NCBI GenBank assembly: GCA_963775685.1 | Contig: CAVZJV010000014.1 | Span: 928,001 to 992,000 of the forward strand | From: Candidatus Bathyarchaeota archaeon | GTDB taxonomy: Archaea; Thermoproteota; Bathyarchaeia; Bathyarchaeales; Bathycorpusculaceae | Reading direction: 5' to 3' | Length of the DNA stretch: 64,000 bases | Shown here: piece after piece, positions 10,406-21,972 of the stretch | Position numbering within the stretch: the first letter of the stretch is position 1 | How the letters are laid out: each line of letters opens with the position of its first letter | Notes under the pieces: generated by a model | The model's database searches: none | What the model saw: the letters and a program-made list of their open reading frames with translations, nothing else | Told to the model about the DNA's origin: nothing | Translations under genes and position numbers: made by a program

Positions 10406-10975
10406 AATTTTAGACTCTAGAAAATACCCACCTTGTCAGGATCGAAGAGTGACGAAAAGATTGAACAAAAACTGGTGTTTTGTTTCTTTCACTGGAGATA
10501 TCGTTTGCGTAATAGAGAAAGATCGATAAGTAGACGCAACCCACACATTAAAGATCATTATACATTCGTTTCTATATAGAATAGAGTTTGTAGTTGAAAG
10601 AATCCAACCGTATTTTTTAAAAAAAAATAAAATTTCTAGTCAGAATATCGCCCATTATTTCCTTTTTCAATTATTTTTATAATAAACTAAACTAAATGAG
10701 TTGCGAAAAAGTTGTATAGTTGTTTTGCTTGTTCATTAATTAGATCAAATAATCTCAAGCTTTTGAAAAAGTTCCTGATTAATAACTAGCAAAATTATTA
10801 TACTAAAGTGATTTTAAAAAATTTTGGAAGGTCATTTACAACAATAAATCTCACAGCCATTAACGAACTAACCAACACTCCACCAACCACAGTTATGGTT
10901 TCTTCTTGTTATAGAAAAGAAAATAAAAAAGTTAATAAGTTCTCGTAATCGCAGTTAATTATACGCTGGATTTGT

Positions 10976-11551
10976 TTGACACAAGGAAGAAAAAATAAGC
11001 TTTTGGATTCTCTTCTTAGGCGCAATTGGATTTATTGGCTAGCAATAACTTTAGCAAACTTTACAGGTAATATTCGCATTCATAGCGTAAGACACTATTG
11101 CTACAGACACTTGTACAGAGTGGGATTACCACGCGATTCAATTATCTATTCTCACTGTATTTTCATAGCGCCATGGGGAATAAAGCTTGGACATCACACA
11201 GTTGTTGGAGACCACTCTCGTTTGGATGGGAGAAGCGAAATAATCATTGGAAACAACGTAGATATTTCTTCTGAAACAAACATCTTTACTTGGGAACATG
11301 ACATAGAAAGCCCGATTTTTGATTCCAAAGGGGGACCGGTCGTTATAGGAGATTGGGCATATATTGGGAATAGGGTAACTATTCTGCCAGGCGTAACGAT
11401 TGGAGAGGGTGCAGTTGTCGCAACAGGTGCAGTCGTAACAAAAGATGTCGAGCCTTGGACTATGGTAGGAGGAGTACCTGCAAAATTCATCAAAAAAAGA
11501 CCGATAGTTAAGTACACACAACAGACGAAGGTTAAACCATTGTTTCAATAG
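10976..11551 (+). CDS. Left-handed beta-helix sugar O-acetyltransferase (WcaF/maltose acetyltransferase-like)
   Basis: Hexapeptide repeats IGNNVDI, IGDWAYIG, IGEGAVVATGAVVTKDV, followed by GGVPAK. Confidence 0.9.
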   Translation: MTQGRKNKLLDSLLRRNWIYWLAITLANFTGNIRIHSVRHYCYRHLYRVGLPRDSIIYSHCIFIAPWGIKLGHHTVVGDHSRLDGRSEIIIGNNVDISSETNIFTWEHDIESPIFDSKGGPVVIGDWAYIGNRVTILPGVTIGEGAVVATGAVVTKDVEPWTMVGGVPAKFIKKRPIVKYTQQTKVKPLFQ

Positions 11552-12168
11552 ACAGTTTAAAAAGGTAGCGTTATTTCTCTTGAATTAGGCGGTTGAATTT
11601 TATTAACAAAGAGTCTGATCGAGTGGATTTGAAAGAGGCTATTAAAAGGTAAAAATCATCATAAATCGCGGGAAGGGTAGAACAACTTTCCATTCTACGC
11701 TTAACACTTTATTTTCATAAACCATATTTCTAAGTTGTTTTATCTGGTTTGACGGAGTGATTCAGAAGATTTTCAAATGCCATTTATCTCCGTTAAACAT
11801 TGTAAATCATATCCATTAATTTTATGTCTTCTATTCAATATATCTAAAGTTCTGGATTGACTATTCTCATTCGCAGAATCCTAATTACTTTTTTTGCTAC
11901 AAGTTTATGATTTTTCGATTTATCCCAAAATTAGTGCACAAGATCTAGTTGGTTGTTGAAAAGCATAAATAATATCTCTTTTGAAGTTTTCTACGAGCTT
12001 TAAAGCATTCGTGTTCAGAGCCAAACATTTAGATCCCAGATACCTCTGAAAACTTTCACAGACAGCTGAAAATTAACTTTTAAACTTTTCTGCAGATTAG
12101 AAAACTATTGGTGCCTTAAAAAGAAAAAGTATTACTTGTACCCAAGGGTTTTATCAAAGCTAACAAAT

Positions 12169-13363
12169 TCAAGTAAGTTCCTTTAAAAACTTTTGAAAAT
12201 ATCTTAGCCAATATTTGTTCCCTTCCACTTGCATCTGCTGAGCAATAGAAGAACAACGAAGAAAAGGAAAAGCCAATAGCATGATAGGTAATTCGAGGAA
12301 TGAAATTGATTGCAGAATTTTGCCTCGTTGGTGTTTACGGAATGCAATTGGAGACGACAGAGTCGCGCTATAAGGAATCGCATATCCAAGAATGCCAACT
12401 ACCTGATAAAATTTAAGTCTTGACTGAATGTCAACTTTAGATTCTTGCAAATACTTTGAGAGAAAACGTTGAGCAATTGGTTCGGCAGAATCTGGATCGT
12501 GGGGGTTACTAAAGAATTTAATCATGTGGTAAGCATTGCCAACATCATAGGCTGGATCACCTATGTCGACGGCGTCCCAATCCAAAAGGGCAACTTGTGA
12601 ATCGCTGGTTAAAAGTGCATTTCCTGGATGTGGATCGCCATGAATCAAACTGTATTGGCCACAGTAATTTTTCGATGCATTTGACTCAAGCCAGTTTACA
12701 GCAAAATTAAAGTCTCTCTTAAATTCTGCTTTGTGCTTGGCCTCGATATTTAAAGCATGTTTGAAATGAATAGGCCATCGCCTCGCGAACGCATACCCAT
12801 CCCTTGGAGGTTTAAGATTATTAAGGTCCATTCTGTCAACTTCTAAATTGTGGAGTTGAGCTAATGATGAAGCGAACTGACAAATTTGTTCATCACCAGT
12901 TTTCTGTGCCTTTTGAAGCTCAGACATGATTATAAAAGGATAACCAAGAAACTGAGAGTCACACTCACAAACGTAAGGTTTTGGGGTTGGTAAACCCATG
13001 CGTTCAAGAATTTTTAACGTTTCCCCTTCTCTGGCACACATTCTGAGGTCACAGTCATGCTGATATGACGCGAAGATAAGGATTGATATTTTCCCGATAC
13101 ATTTTTAGAACAAGATTTATTCGTTTTTTTTCCGATCCTTTATTATAAACGAGTGAAAATGAATAAACATCATTGACAAGTCCTCCACCTAGCCTATTAG
13201 CGTTTGAAACCTTAATGCTATGACTATCAGCGATGAGCCAATCTATATTGAAGTTACGGTAGACTTCTCTGATGTATGATTCGAGTCTTCGTAGGTTCAA
13301 TGCTCTATTACGACGTATTGTAACATTATAGCGCAGATTTCTAATAATTCGTTTCAGAACCAA
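12169..13363 (-). pseudogene. APH/choline-kinase-family phosphotransferase split by a single frameshift near 13070
   Basis: The N-lobe (LGGGLVNDVY, LVLKMY) lies in 13055..13363. The C-lobe (HGDPHPGN, LLDWD, GDPAYD) lies in the next frame, which is open from about 13070 (SYQHDCDLRMCAREGE). AGGAG RBS precedes TTG 13363. Confidence 0.75.
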
Positions 13364-14099
13364 ATGCAGCTTTCTCCTTGTAGAACTCTTATGGGCATAA
13401 ATAGATTCCTTTACCCACAGTCGAAGCTGCTCTCTTTAACTTTATGTCGTTAAATCATAATTTTTTAATCTCAATTTAGGTTGGATTTTCATGAGTTTCA
13501 ATTTTTCTCTGACCTTGACCTCTATGTTCAATTCGAGCTTTGCCTTTTAGGATTGGTTCATCTCAAGGGTTAAAAGGTTACCTTATAAACTTACTCTTGA
13601 GTATGAAAGTATGAGAACCTGACGGAAAGTGTTTTTTATTTGTTTTTTCTTGACCTTGAAACTTTGAACCTTTCGAAATTCTTGCTATTATTTTGTTATT
13701 TGTCCCGAGACCCCTTTGAATTTTCTACTATTAAATCAACTATCAGTAACTTTCTCATCGCACGAAATGGATAGTGTGTTTCGATGATAAAGACAGACTG
13801 TAGGAGGAGATCCTTTTGGCTTCTGAGAAATCTCGTCTTTGTTTTCTTATTTAAAAGGATGATTTAAGGTAAAGTCTTAAACAGTTCTCAGTAACTACTA
13901 GTTTTCGCTGACAACTATGTTATTAAGTAGGTTTTCTGGCTTTTTTGTTTTATCAGTGAAATTTTGTTTAATTTAAATCTTTTATGCTTTGAAAGATTAT
14001 GTATTTGACTCTTTTTTAAAAAAAGACGGCGTTAATTGAAGGTGAGCCAATTAAAATTCTAAAAAGCAAGTTAGATTTAATCGATTGCTTTGAGCTAAT

Positions 14100-15698
14100 T
14101 TATCGATCAATGTTTGATAGTTTTTCTTTAGCTTTTAGTGTTTTTTCGATCACCGCAAATGGAATTTCCAGTAGCTTTAAGATCGGCGCTATTCCGGAAA
14201 ACATAAGTCGAAGATTACTCATGTCCCATCGATTTATAGCTCCTACTAAAGGAAGGGAAATTAGATAAATAATTAAAAAGAGTAATACACCGACTGATAA
14301 CATGATCCACGATGCAGTTGAAAATGCATGCAAGAATAGATAAGCGGCTAAACCTGCGATTGCTGAAGCAAAAAATATTCTTGCCGAGCTTCGAAAATCT
14401 CCTTTCGTTTCATACTTCTTCCATGTCCAATAGATTCCGAGGACTGTACTGACACCTCCAACAAAGGTTCCAACCAATATGACTCCAGGAATTCCAAGCG
14501 GGGGAATGACTAAAAAAGCAAGAGGGACGCCTATACAAAGCGCCAGAACGTTTAATTTTAAGAGCATTTTTGATTCCCCCATTGCATAAAGAAGTCTGTT
14601 GTAGCTCAGGCTTCCCAAAAGCACGACTAGGTTACCAGCGACATACAAAGTTAAAAAGAAAGGCGCAGAAAGCCATTTTTGCCCGTATATAGTGCCAACC
14701 ATTGGAACTGACAAGACCATTATTGCCACAACTACTGGAACCAAAAACAATGATGAATATTTAATGGAGGAGGCAAAAATAGTTTTTAAGAGCTCCTTGT
14801 CCTTCGACGGATTAAGCTTTGAGAAAGCAGGAAACAAGACTGTCTGAAGGGGATAAATAAAGAAAGAAAGTAAAATGGCAAAATTCACTGCAATACTGTA
14901 ATTACCAATCATAGTTACGTCAACAGATGATGCCATCACAAAACTATATACTTGAGCAGAAATCCCTCCTATGAGGGTAGCTATTGAGAGAGGGACCCCA
15001 TAGCTAAGCAAAGATTTTAACGTTTGAACCATTTTCTCCTTGTTCACGCTTCCCAAAGGAAGCTTCCGAAATATGACAAAATAAAGCAGTAATATACCAC
15101 TGATTCCTGAAGCAATCGATGCAGATGTAAAACCTACTACCGCTCCGAAGGCTCCAAACCCTAGATATACCAGTAGAGGAGACAACAACCCTTGAATTAT
15201 TGAAGAAACAATCATCGTGATAGTGCACAAACCCATTCTTTCGAAACCAACAAAAATTGAAAGAGAAGCGGCATAAACAGCTGTAGATATAATTGAGATA
15301 GAGGAAAGACTTATCAAAAACGATGATTCTGGATTGTTGAAAATTGCTGAGGCTATCAAATTAGCCATTATCAACAAGAGCAATGCCAAAACCAGTCCAG
15401 TCATAACTTCAAATATAAAGCCCGAAACAATAACACTCCGCAGTTCACTCTGCTTTTGTGATGCCCTATAATTTGCACAGTATTTTGTTAAAGCAGATCC
15501 TACGCCCCAGTCTTGGAATAGAAGAAACGTCGCCGCAGGAACCAAGGCAATAGTGTATATTCCGTAATCCCCTTCATTGATATACAGTCCAACAATTATT
15601 GCGCCAATGGCTAGCATAAGCGCAGAAGCTATTCGTCCAATAAACAATTGGAAAGTTCCAGTAGCTGAGGCTTTGCCCATATCCATTGCCTTATCCAA
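14100..15698 (-). CDS. Oligosaccharide flippase (Wzx/AglR-like, MOP superfamily)
   Basis: About 14 hydrophobic segments with DYGIY, DWGVGSALTKY and LFPAFS motifs. Start placed at TTG 15698 after an AGGAG RBS (ORF track start 15725). Confidence 0.92.
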   Translation of the reverse strand: MDKAMDMGKASATGTFQLFIGRIASALMLAIGAIIVGLYINEGDYGIYTIALVPAATFLLFQDWGVGSALTKYCANYRASQKQSELRSVIVSGFIFEVMTGLVLALLLLIMANLIASAIFNNPESSFLISLSSISIISTAVYAASLSIFVGFERMGLCTITMIVSSIIQGLLSPLLVYLGFGAFGAVVGFTSASIASGISGILLLYFVIFRKLPLGSVNKEKMVQTLKSLLSYGVPLSIATLIGGISAQVYSFVMASSVDVTMIGNYSIAVNFAILLSFFIYPLQTVLFPAFSKLNPSKDKELLKTIFASSIKYSSLFLVPVVVAIMVLSVPMVGTIYGQKWLSAPFFLTLYVAGNLVVLLGSLSYNRLLYAMGESKMLLKLNVLALCIGVPLAFLVIPPLGIPGVILVGTFVGGVSTVLGIYWTWKKYETKGDFRSSARIFFASAIAGLAAYLFLHAFSTASWIMLSVGVLLFLIIYLISLPLVGAINRWDMSNLRLMFSGIAPILKLLEIPFAVIEKTLKAKEKLSNIDR

Positions 15699-16045
15699 AG
15701 CATTTTCTCTCCTATTTTTAACCAATTAGGGATTGCAAGTTAGATAAACCATTTACTATTAAATTAAACGCCATGAATTTCTAGTTTCATTGATTCAGAC
15801 TGCTAAAATAATTCCAAGATCCATTGAACTATCAAAAAATACTTACTTGACCAATTTTCACAGTCAACCACAAAATTCCGCCAGTCTACCCTCATTAGCA
15901 AATTCCATTGATTTACTTTATCTACTCTTAATTTCAACTTTAAACCTTTCGTCAAAAAAATATTTAAAAAACTGACAACATTAGTTGAAACCGAAATCAT
16001 TTTATGCTGATTAGAAACTTTACTATTGGACGCTAGCTGTTTACT

Positions 16046-17038
16046 ATGATAGAGCAAAATACTCAACTAAAAGTTAATATTAATCAGTTAACGCCCCAAT
16101 TTTCAAAAGACCTCAGAAAACACACTTTTTTTGCTGGTGCTGACATATTAAATCAAGGATTATTTTACAATGTTCTTCAATCTATCAAGTTTTCACCCCA
16201 TGTGACAAGACTTGTCGCCTATGACACAGAAAAGAAAAAAGCTGTTGGTTTCATCAGTCTTGAGGAAAACACTAACACACTATATTCGATAAAATATGTC
16301 TTTGTAGATCCAGAATATCGAAAAGCAGGGATCGCCAGCAGACTTTTAAACACAGCTTTTGCTGTAGCAAAGACAAAAGGAGCAACTAAGGTAAATCTTA
16401 ACGTTTATATAACTTCAACTAACGCAATAGCGCTATACAAAAAACTGGGCTTTCGAGAGATTGGTTACACCATATTGGGACAAGGATACCCCTCAAATTT
16501 TAAACCTAATAAAACAATTAAGCGATTCATAATTGGTCAAGGAAAACTGTCATATCTTGGAATCGAAAAAGAAAGTCGACTGTTTCAAATCCAAGATAAC
16601 CTAAAAAACAGAAAAAAACTTTTTGAAATTTATAAACGTTGCATACAGCAACAATGGATAGATTTTTTTGAAGTTAAACCTGACACCATAATTAATGGCT
16701 CCAGACAGGTCTGGCAGCCATCATTTTTTAGGAACATATTAATCAATGATTTAGGCAATTCATTCGCCTTCATTTTTAATCGACCCTTCTCTAATAAGGC
16801 CACGGTGGAGTTGTACAGCACCTCTGCTGCCTTTGTTCCTTCAGTCCTTGAGGACATACTAAGAATTTTGTCCAATAGAGGAATTCCGTTTGCACAAATT
16901 TGGCTATTTCACCCAAACACCGAAGTGGCATTCAATTGGTTCGAAAAAAAAGGATTTAAGATATTCCAATTTGTAGGAATGGGAAAAACCCTCATAGAAA
17001 ACCCTTTAGAAGAAATGGATCATAAATCACTAATCTAA
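16046..17038 (+). CDS. GNAT-family N-acetyltransferase with C-terminal extension
   Basis: VFVDPEYRKAGIASRLL and NAIALYKKLGF motifs. Confidence 0.85.
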   Translation: MIEQNTQLKVNINQLTPQFSKDLRKHTFFAGADILNQGLFYNVLQSIKFSPHVTRLVAYDTEKKKAVGFISLEENTNTLYSIKYVFVDPEYRKAGIASRLLNTAFAVAKTKGATKVNLNVYITSTNAIALYKKLGFREIGYTILGQGYPSNFKPNKTIKRFIIGQGKLSYLGIEKESRLFQIQDNLKNRKKLFEIYKRCIQQQWIDFFEVKPDTIINGSRQVWQPSFFRNILINDLGNSFAFIFNRPFSNKATVELYSTSAAFVPSVLEDILRILSNRGIPFAQIWLFHPNTEVAFNWFEKKGFKIFQFVGMGKTLIENPLEEMDHKSLI

Positions 17039-17098
17039 TATTTTTAACAATTTGATTAAAAAGCGTTGATTTTATAAATTCTTTGTAAAGAAATTAAG

Positions 17099-17530
17099 CT
17101 ACTTTTTCATTCGGCTTTCTTTAATAGCACCTGCGGTTGCCAGAATTATTGTAAAAGCAAGCAAACTAAAAACTATTGGAGTTAAATCAAGTCCAAATGG
17201 AGTATAGTACAAAATAAGACCAAGTATTGAAACTATTGCAATACTTAATCCTATACTGAAGGCAATTCGAACTATTACTTCAAGGCTTTCCATACCTTCA
17301 GCGGATAATTTATTTGGAAAAACTACTTTGGTGAAAGCGTATCCAGGAAGGAAAAAAACGAAAATAATTCCCAGGACATTTCTTAGAAAGGCCCATGGGT
17401 AAATATTATTTGGGATTAAATAGACTATAGTTGCAGTTGTCACGCCAATCAAGATTATTGCCCAATACCATAAAGCTCTAGCTGAGGATAGGTATGTTTC
17501 GAAGCGCCCTGAATTATTAGTGATGTTCAA
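17099..17530 (-). CDS. DUF1616-like membrane protein (TM half)
   Basis: LGIIFVFFLPGYAF...RIAFSIGLSIAI..ILG..L.YTPFG pattern; four TM segments. Confidence 0.8.
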   Translation of the reverse strand: MNITNNSGRFETYLSSARALWYWAIILIGVTTATIVYLIPNNIYPWAFLRNVLGIIFVFFLPGYAFTKVVFPNKLSAEGMESLEVIVRIAFSIGLSIAIVSILGLILYYTPFGLDLTPIVFSLLAFTIILATAGAIKESRMKK

Positions 17531-17747
17531 TTTTATTTTGCCTTCTCATATAGAAGTTTTTGAAACATTACTAAGTATTTCTTAGAAATCAAGACTCATT
17601 ATTGAATGCCCGAGTTAGCACATTTGCAAATGAGAGTCTTTTGGGTTATAATTTTCATTTTATATAAAAAGTGTGATGCAGAGAAAAGAAGAGAAGAAAA
17701 AATTCAAAATAAAAAAAGGTCTTTGGAGAAGGTTTCGAATTTACAAA

Positions 17748-18839
17748 CTAGGAACATTTCCGAACCTTCCTGAATACGTACCCATATTCGATTTTAGCTT
17801 TTCCATCGAGAATTAATTCGACTTTGGGTTTGAAATTAATCTTCCAAAACTCGCATTTGTAACAAGGTGAGCCAACTGGAAAAGTGTTTGTCACAATTGC
17901 TTTTCTAAAAGCTCTGAACTTTGAACCGTCCCATATTTCTTTTATTGGTTTTTGCATCGCATTCCCAAGATCCATTTTAAAGACATAATCCAAACAACAA
18001 CCTGTAACTTTTCCATCCCAGCTAACGATTATTGTATCGAATCCGAAGTGACAAAATGATGGAGGTGGAATCGTTCGAATATTTTGGGAAACAAGTTCTT
18101 TATTTTCCCATCTATTGTCAGGTAGAATGGAAGGAATAATGTCTATCCCATCAACAGAATCAAACCATTCTCGATATATCTCTAATTTTTGCTCATCCGT
18201 TTTCCCGTAATCTACCATATTCAATAAAACTACGGGTTTCTTTTCGTTTCCACGTTTTTTAATTAAATATTTGATGTTCTTTTCTATCACTGAATATTTA
18301 GATCCTACACGAATCTCGTCATTTATCGGCCCCACCCCATCAACGCTAAAATTGATGAAATCTAATTTCAGTTTAACAACTAAATCAGCGACGCTTTCAT
18401 TAAAAAGCATCCCGTTCTCTGTCCAACCTACGCTCCCTATTCCGCCTTCATCTCGCTTCTTAATTGCGTAAGTCAAAAATTTTTTGAATTCGGGGTGTAC
18501 TAGACTTTCTCCTCCGAAATGCAAACATAAAACACTAACGCCTATTTCAGAGAGTTGATTGAGGCAACTTTCAAAAAATGACGAGGACATAAATCCAGTT
18601 TCTCCTTGAGCTGATTGGTAGCTGCACATTTTGCACCGCAAATTGCATTTATTAGTCAACTCCAAATACGCTGTTTGAATTTTCGGATGATGCAATCGTT
18701 GAAGATAACTGCTCTTATATATAATTGGAAGAAAACTGTTTTGGCAAACTCTAGTTGAAGCTACAAACAACCCCTTTATACCTGTATTAGAATAGGTCGC
18801 CGAAATTTTTCTTGTCAGATTTCTAATATTTGGACTTAT
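17748..18839 (-). CDS. Radical SAM enzyme with SPASM/Twitch domain (paralog 1), probable ATA start
   Basis: CNLRCKMC, GGESL, FC...WDGKVTGCC and CYKC motifs. The frame is open upstream of the annotated TTG 18770 to ATA 18839, which aligns with the paralog's Met. Confidence 0.88.
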   Translation of the reverse strand: MSPNIRNLTRKISATYSNTGIKGLFVASTRVCQNSFLPIIYKSSYLQRLHHPKIQTAYLELTNKCNLRCKMCSYQSAQGETGFMSSSFFESCLNQLSEIGVSVLCLHFGGESLVHPEFKKFLTYAIKKRDEGGIGSVGWTENGMLFNESVADLVVKLKLDFINFSVDGVGPINDEIRVGSKYSVIEKNIKYLIKKRGNEKKPVVLLNMVDYGKTDEQKLEIYREWFDSVDGIDIIPSILPDNRWENKELVSQNIRTIPPPSFCHFGFDTIIVSWDGKVTGCCLDYVFKMDLGNAMQKPIKEIWDGSKFRAFRKAIVTNTFPVGSPCYKCEFWKINFKPKVELILDGKAKIEYGYVFRKVRKCS

Positions 18840-19170
18840 TGCTTACACCTTTCCGAATCTCAATAATTTGTAACATTACTTAAGTTTTGGTCTGTATAAA
18901 TGGACAAAGTTTTATTTCCATAAGCTAAAGATGTGCGCGCTAATATAAAGAGCAAACTGGTCGGTCACAACCAATTAAGTAACCCAAAAGTTAAATTTTT
19001 GTAACAAATATGTACATATATATAATTGATATGAAAAAACTGTCTTATTCATCTAATAACTTTTATCAATTTTTATCTTGCGTCACAATCGTTGATAAGG
19101 TTTCTTCCTTTTTTTGTGACTTTAAGTTTACTTAGTCTTGCTTGCACCGCAATTTGTATTATGTTACTAT

Positions 19171-20259
19171 TTATGTTACCTTTCTAATCCTTCGGTAGAT
19201 GTAACCATATTCTATCATCGCTTTTCCGTCAAGGATTAGCTCTTTTCTGGGTTCAAAATTTACTTGCCAAAACCTGCACCCGTGGCAAGGTGAGACATCA
19301 GGAATTGTATTTGTCAAAACTGCTTTACGAAGATTCTTAAACTTTGAACCGGTCCATATTTGTAATATAGACTCTTTGTTGGCATTTCCAAGGACCGTTT
19401 TAAAACGACTATCAAAGCAACAGTAAGTAACTTTTCCATCCCAAGAAATTATCATCATGTTTAAAGGGATATTGCAAAACGTCGGAGGAGGGACAGTTTT
19501 TAGACTCTTAGAAAAGATTTCTTCATTTTCCCAAGTATTGTCTGGGAGAATACAAGGTATCAACTCTATTTCGTCGACCAAAGAAACCCACTTATTGTAG
19601 AAGTCTAACTTTTGAGCTTCACTCTTATCGTGATCAACCATATTTAAAAGAACGGCAGGTTTCTTTCTGGACCCTCGTTTCTTTAGAAGGTACTTAATAT
19701 TTTTTTCAATTACAGAATATTTTGAGCCTAACCGTATTTTATCGTTTACTTCGCCTAAGCCATCAAGGCTGAAATTAACCCAATCGACCTGGAGAGAGAC
19801 AACTAAGTCTGAGACAGTTTCATCAAAAAGCATCCCATTGTCAGTCCAACCTACACAACCAATTTTGCCATTGTCGCGTTTTTCAATTGCATATCTCAGC
19901 AAATCTTTGAAGTCTGGGTGGAGAAGACTTTCGCCTCCAAATTGTAAATTAAGAACCTTTAACCTCATTTCGGAAAATTGGTCAATACAGCTTTCAAACA
20001 ATGATCTTGAAATATATCCCTTTTTTTCTCTGGATTGCCAGTTACACATTTCACATCTTAGGTTGCATTTATTTGTGATTTCCAAATAGACTGTTTCGAG
20101 GTCCGGGTGATGCATATTTCGGAGAAGGGTGTTCGAGTAAATGGCAGGAAGACTAGCATACTCGACCTTGTTCATTATATCACTACAAAGACCTGTAAAA
20201 CCCTTTTTTTCATAAACAATGGCCGCAGTCTTGATATATTTTTGAAGCTTGTTACTCAT
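19171..20259 (-). CDS. Radical SAM enzyme with SPASM/Twitch domain (paralog 2)
   Basis: CNLRCEMC, GGESLLHP, FCNIP...WDGKVTYCC and CHGC motifs; ATG 20259 follows an AAGGTG RBS. Confidence 0.9.
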   Translation of the reverse strand: MSNKLQKYIKTAAIVYEKKGFTGLCSDIMNKVEYASLPAIYSNTLLRNMHHPDLETVYLEITNKCNLRCEMCNWQSREKKGYISRSLFESCIDQFSEMRLKVLNLQFGGESLLHPDFKDLLRYAIEKRDNGKIGCVGWTDNGMLFDETVSDLVVSLQVDWVNFSLDGLGEVNDKIRLGSKYSVIEKNIKYLLKKRGSRKKPAVLLNMVDHDKSEAQKLDFYNKWVSLVDEIELIPCILPDNTWENEEIFSKSLKTVPPPTFCNIPLNMMIISWDGKVTYCCFDSRFKTVLGNANKESILQIWTGSKFKNLRKAVLTNTIPDVSPCHGCRFWQVNFEPRKELILDGKAMIEYGYIYRRIRKVT

Positions 20260-20445
20260 TGGTTTCGCCACCTTTGTTAAACAAGATATCACATAAACTC
20301 TTATTTATTTAAACTATATTACGATTACCGAAATATCATTTATGAAATTCTCCATCATGCTCACTAGCGCAACAACTCATAAAAGTCTCAAAAATTTAAA
20401 AGATTATTCAAGTATTTTCTTATAAAAAAGTTACCCGATACAACT

Positions 20446-21642
20446 TTAGGAAGATTTGATAATTATTTGACTTAAACAATCCAACAGTTTCTGCCGCCTT
20501 TCCTCTGCTAAAGAAATAACAACTTTTCGATTCTCTGCGCCCATTTCCGATAGACGCATTCTTCCAAGCTCCAATAATTGCCCTAGCTTTCCCGCCAAAT
20601 CGTAAGCGTCAACATAGGTATACTCATGTGGGAACAAGTCGCCTCTAACTCCAAAATTATCAGAAACGACCACAAGTCCAGCTTCGGCATAATCATACTT
20701 TCGTTCATTTGTTCCAGCTTTATGAATACCTAAATTTACACCTATCCATGATTTGCTAAGAAGCTTCAGGTAATCTAATTTGCTTGGAAGGAAATCCCAG
20801 TATTCTAAACACACATTCTTCGGGGTTTTTTTCGGCAGTATTCCTATCATATAAACTTTAACCTGCCTCTTAATACACGCTAAAGCATCGAAAATTTCCT
20901 CTAAAGAAGCTTCAGCTGCAGACCCCCAATGCCCTCTCAAGACTATAGTAATGCTGGGCTGTTCATCTTTCTTAAGTAGTTCAAATTCCTTTGTGGGATA
21001 AGTGTTCGGGTAGTAAATTGCATTTTTAGCACCCATTTCTAAGTATTTGAGCCGCTCCATTTCGCTACAAGCCAGTGTTAAATCAACATAACGAAGGGCG
21101 TCTTTCTCTAGCCTCAACATTAATGTTTTTGTCATTATATTGTCTCCAAATCCAAATCGATTGTGTGCCACATCACTAGATACATAAATAACTGATCCGA
21201 GAAGCCTGAGCTTTTTGAGATCGAAAAAATTTAGGCTAACAAACTCGTCAACAAGAAATATCTTTGGCGACACCATGTTCTTCAAAAAGTTCATTACATT
21301 GATATTTTGAGCTGAAGAACCAAGATGTAGATATAGAGTTCGAGAAAGTATCGATAATAAACCTTCACCAATAAGCACATTCTTTCTCTTCACAAGCGAT
21401 AAACGGGCCATTAACCCATTGCGAATATCTTTAGGGCTTTTAAATAACATAAGCAAATAGTATAAAAAAATCCCATATTTAGAGGAGGCTAATTGAACCT
21501 TATTATGACCCCATTCTTCAGAAAAGCTTGCATTTTCTGGTTTAAAAATGTAAAAAATCTCGATATTGAAGTTTTGACAAAGTTGGACTAGGAATTTTGT
21601 CTTCGACGAGAGTTTTTCTCCGTTTCTAATTATGATTAACAT
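20446..21642 (-). CDS. Divergent GT-B (GT4-like) glycosyltransferase
   Basis: ACSEME, YYPNTY, and ERKYDYAEAGLVVVS at the position of the usual KxxEYxAxGxPV motif. Start at ATG 21642 after a GAGG RBS (ORF track start 21810). Confidence 0.65.
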   Translation of the reverse strand: MLIIIRNGEKLSSKTKFLVQLCQNFNIEIFYIFKPENASFSEEWGHNKVQLASSKYGIFLYYLLMLFKSPKDIRNGLMARLSLVKRKNVLIGEGLLSILSRTLYLHLGSSAQNINVMNFLKNMVSPKIFLVDEFVSLNFFDLKKLRLLGSVIYVSSDVAHNRFGFGDNIMTKTLMLRLEKDALRYVDLTLACSEMERLKYLEMGAKNAIYYPNTYPTKEFELLKKDEQPSITIVLRGHWGSAAEASLEEIFDALACIKRQVKVYMIGILPKKTPKNVCLEYWDFLPSKLDYLKLLSKSWIGVNLGIHKAGTNERKYDYAEAGLVVVSDNFGVRGDLFPHEYTYVDAYDLAGKLGQLLELGRMRLSEMGAENRKVVISLAEERRQKLLDCLSQIIIKSS

Positions 21643-21972
21643 AGATTTTAGCCTCAAACAACTGGCTTTTTCCAAAATGACGAAAAGCTCGAGTCTTAAT
21701 TCGCCACAGTAACAAAAAGCACAAATCTTCATGTCTGCGAATGATGAGAAGACAAATAAGGTCACATTTCTAATATAGTCTGAAATATTACTTAAAATAA
21801 CAGCTCTCATTATCTTAATCGATTTATAATTTTGGATTTCTAAACTTTAACAATATTTTCCGCAGGTATGCTAAAATGCAATTTGCTCATTTATTCAAAT
21901 AAAATTGTAGGAAGAATTCGATAGGCATTAACTTCTCTAAAGGAACTTGAAACTCGAACAATAGTTGAGCTT

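Noticed and set aside
17748-20259. RiPP cluster based on the radical SAM/SPASM pair
   Set aside because: No precursor peptide, PqqD/RRE domain or peptidase/transporter nearby; the context is glycan biosynthesis.
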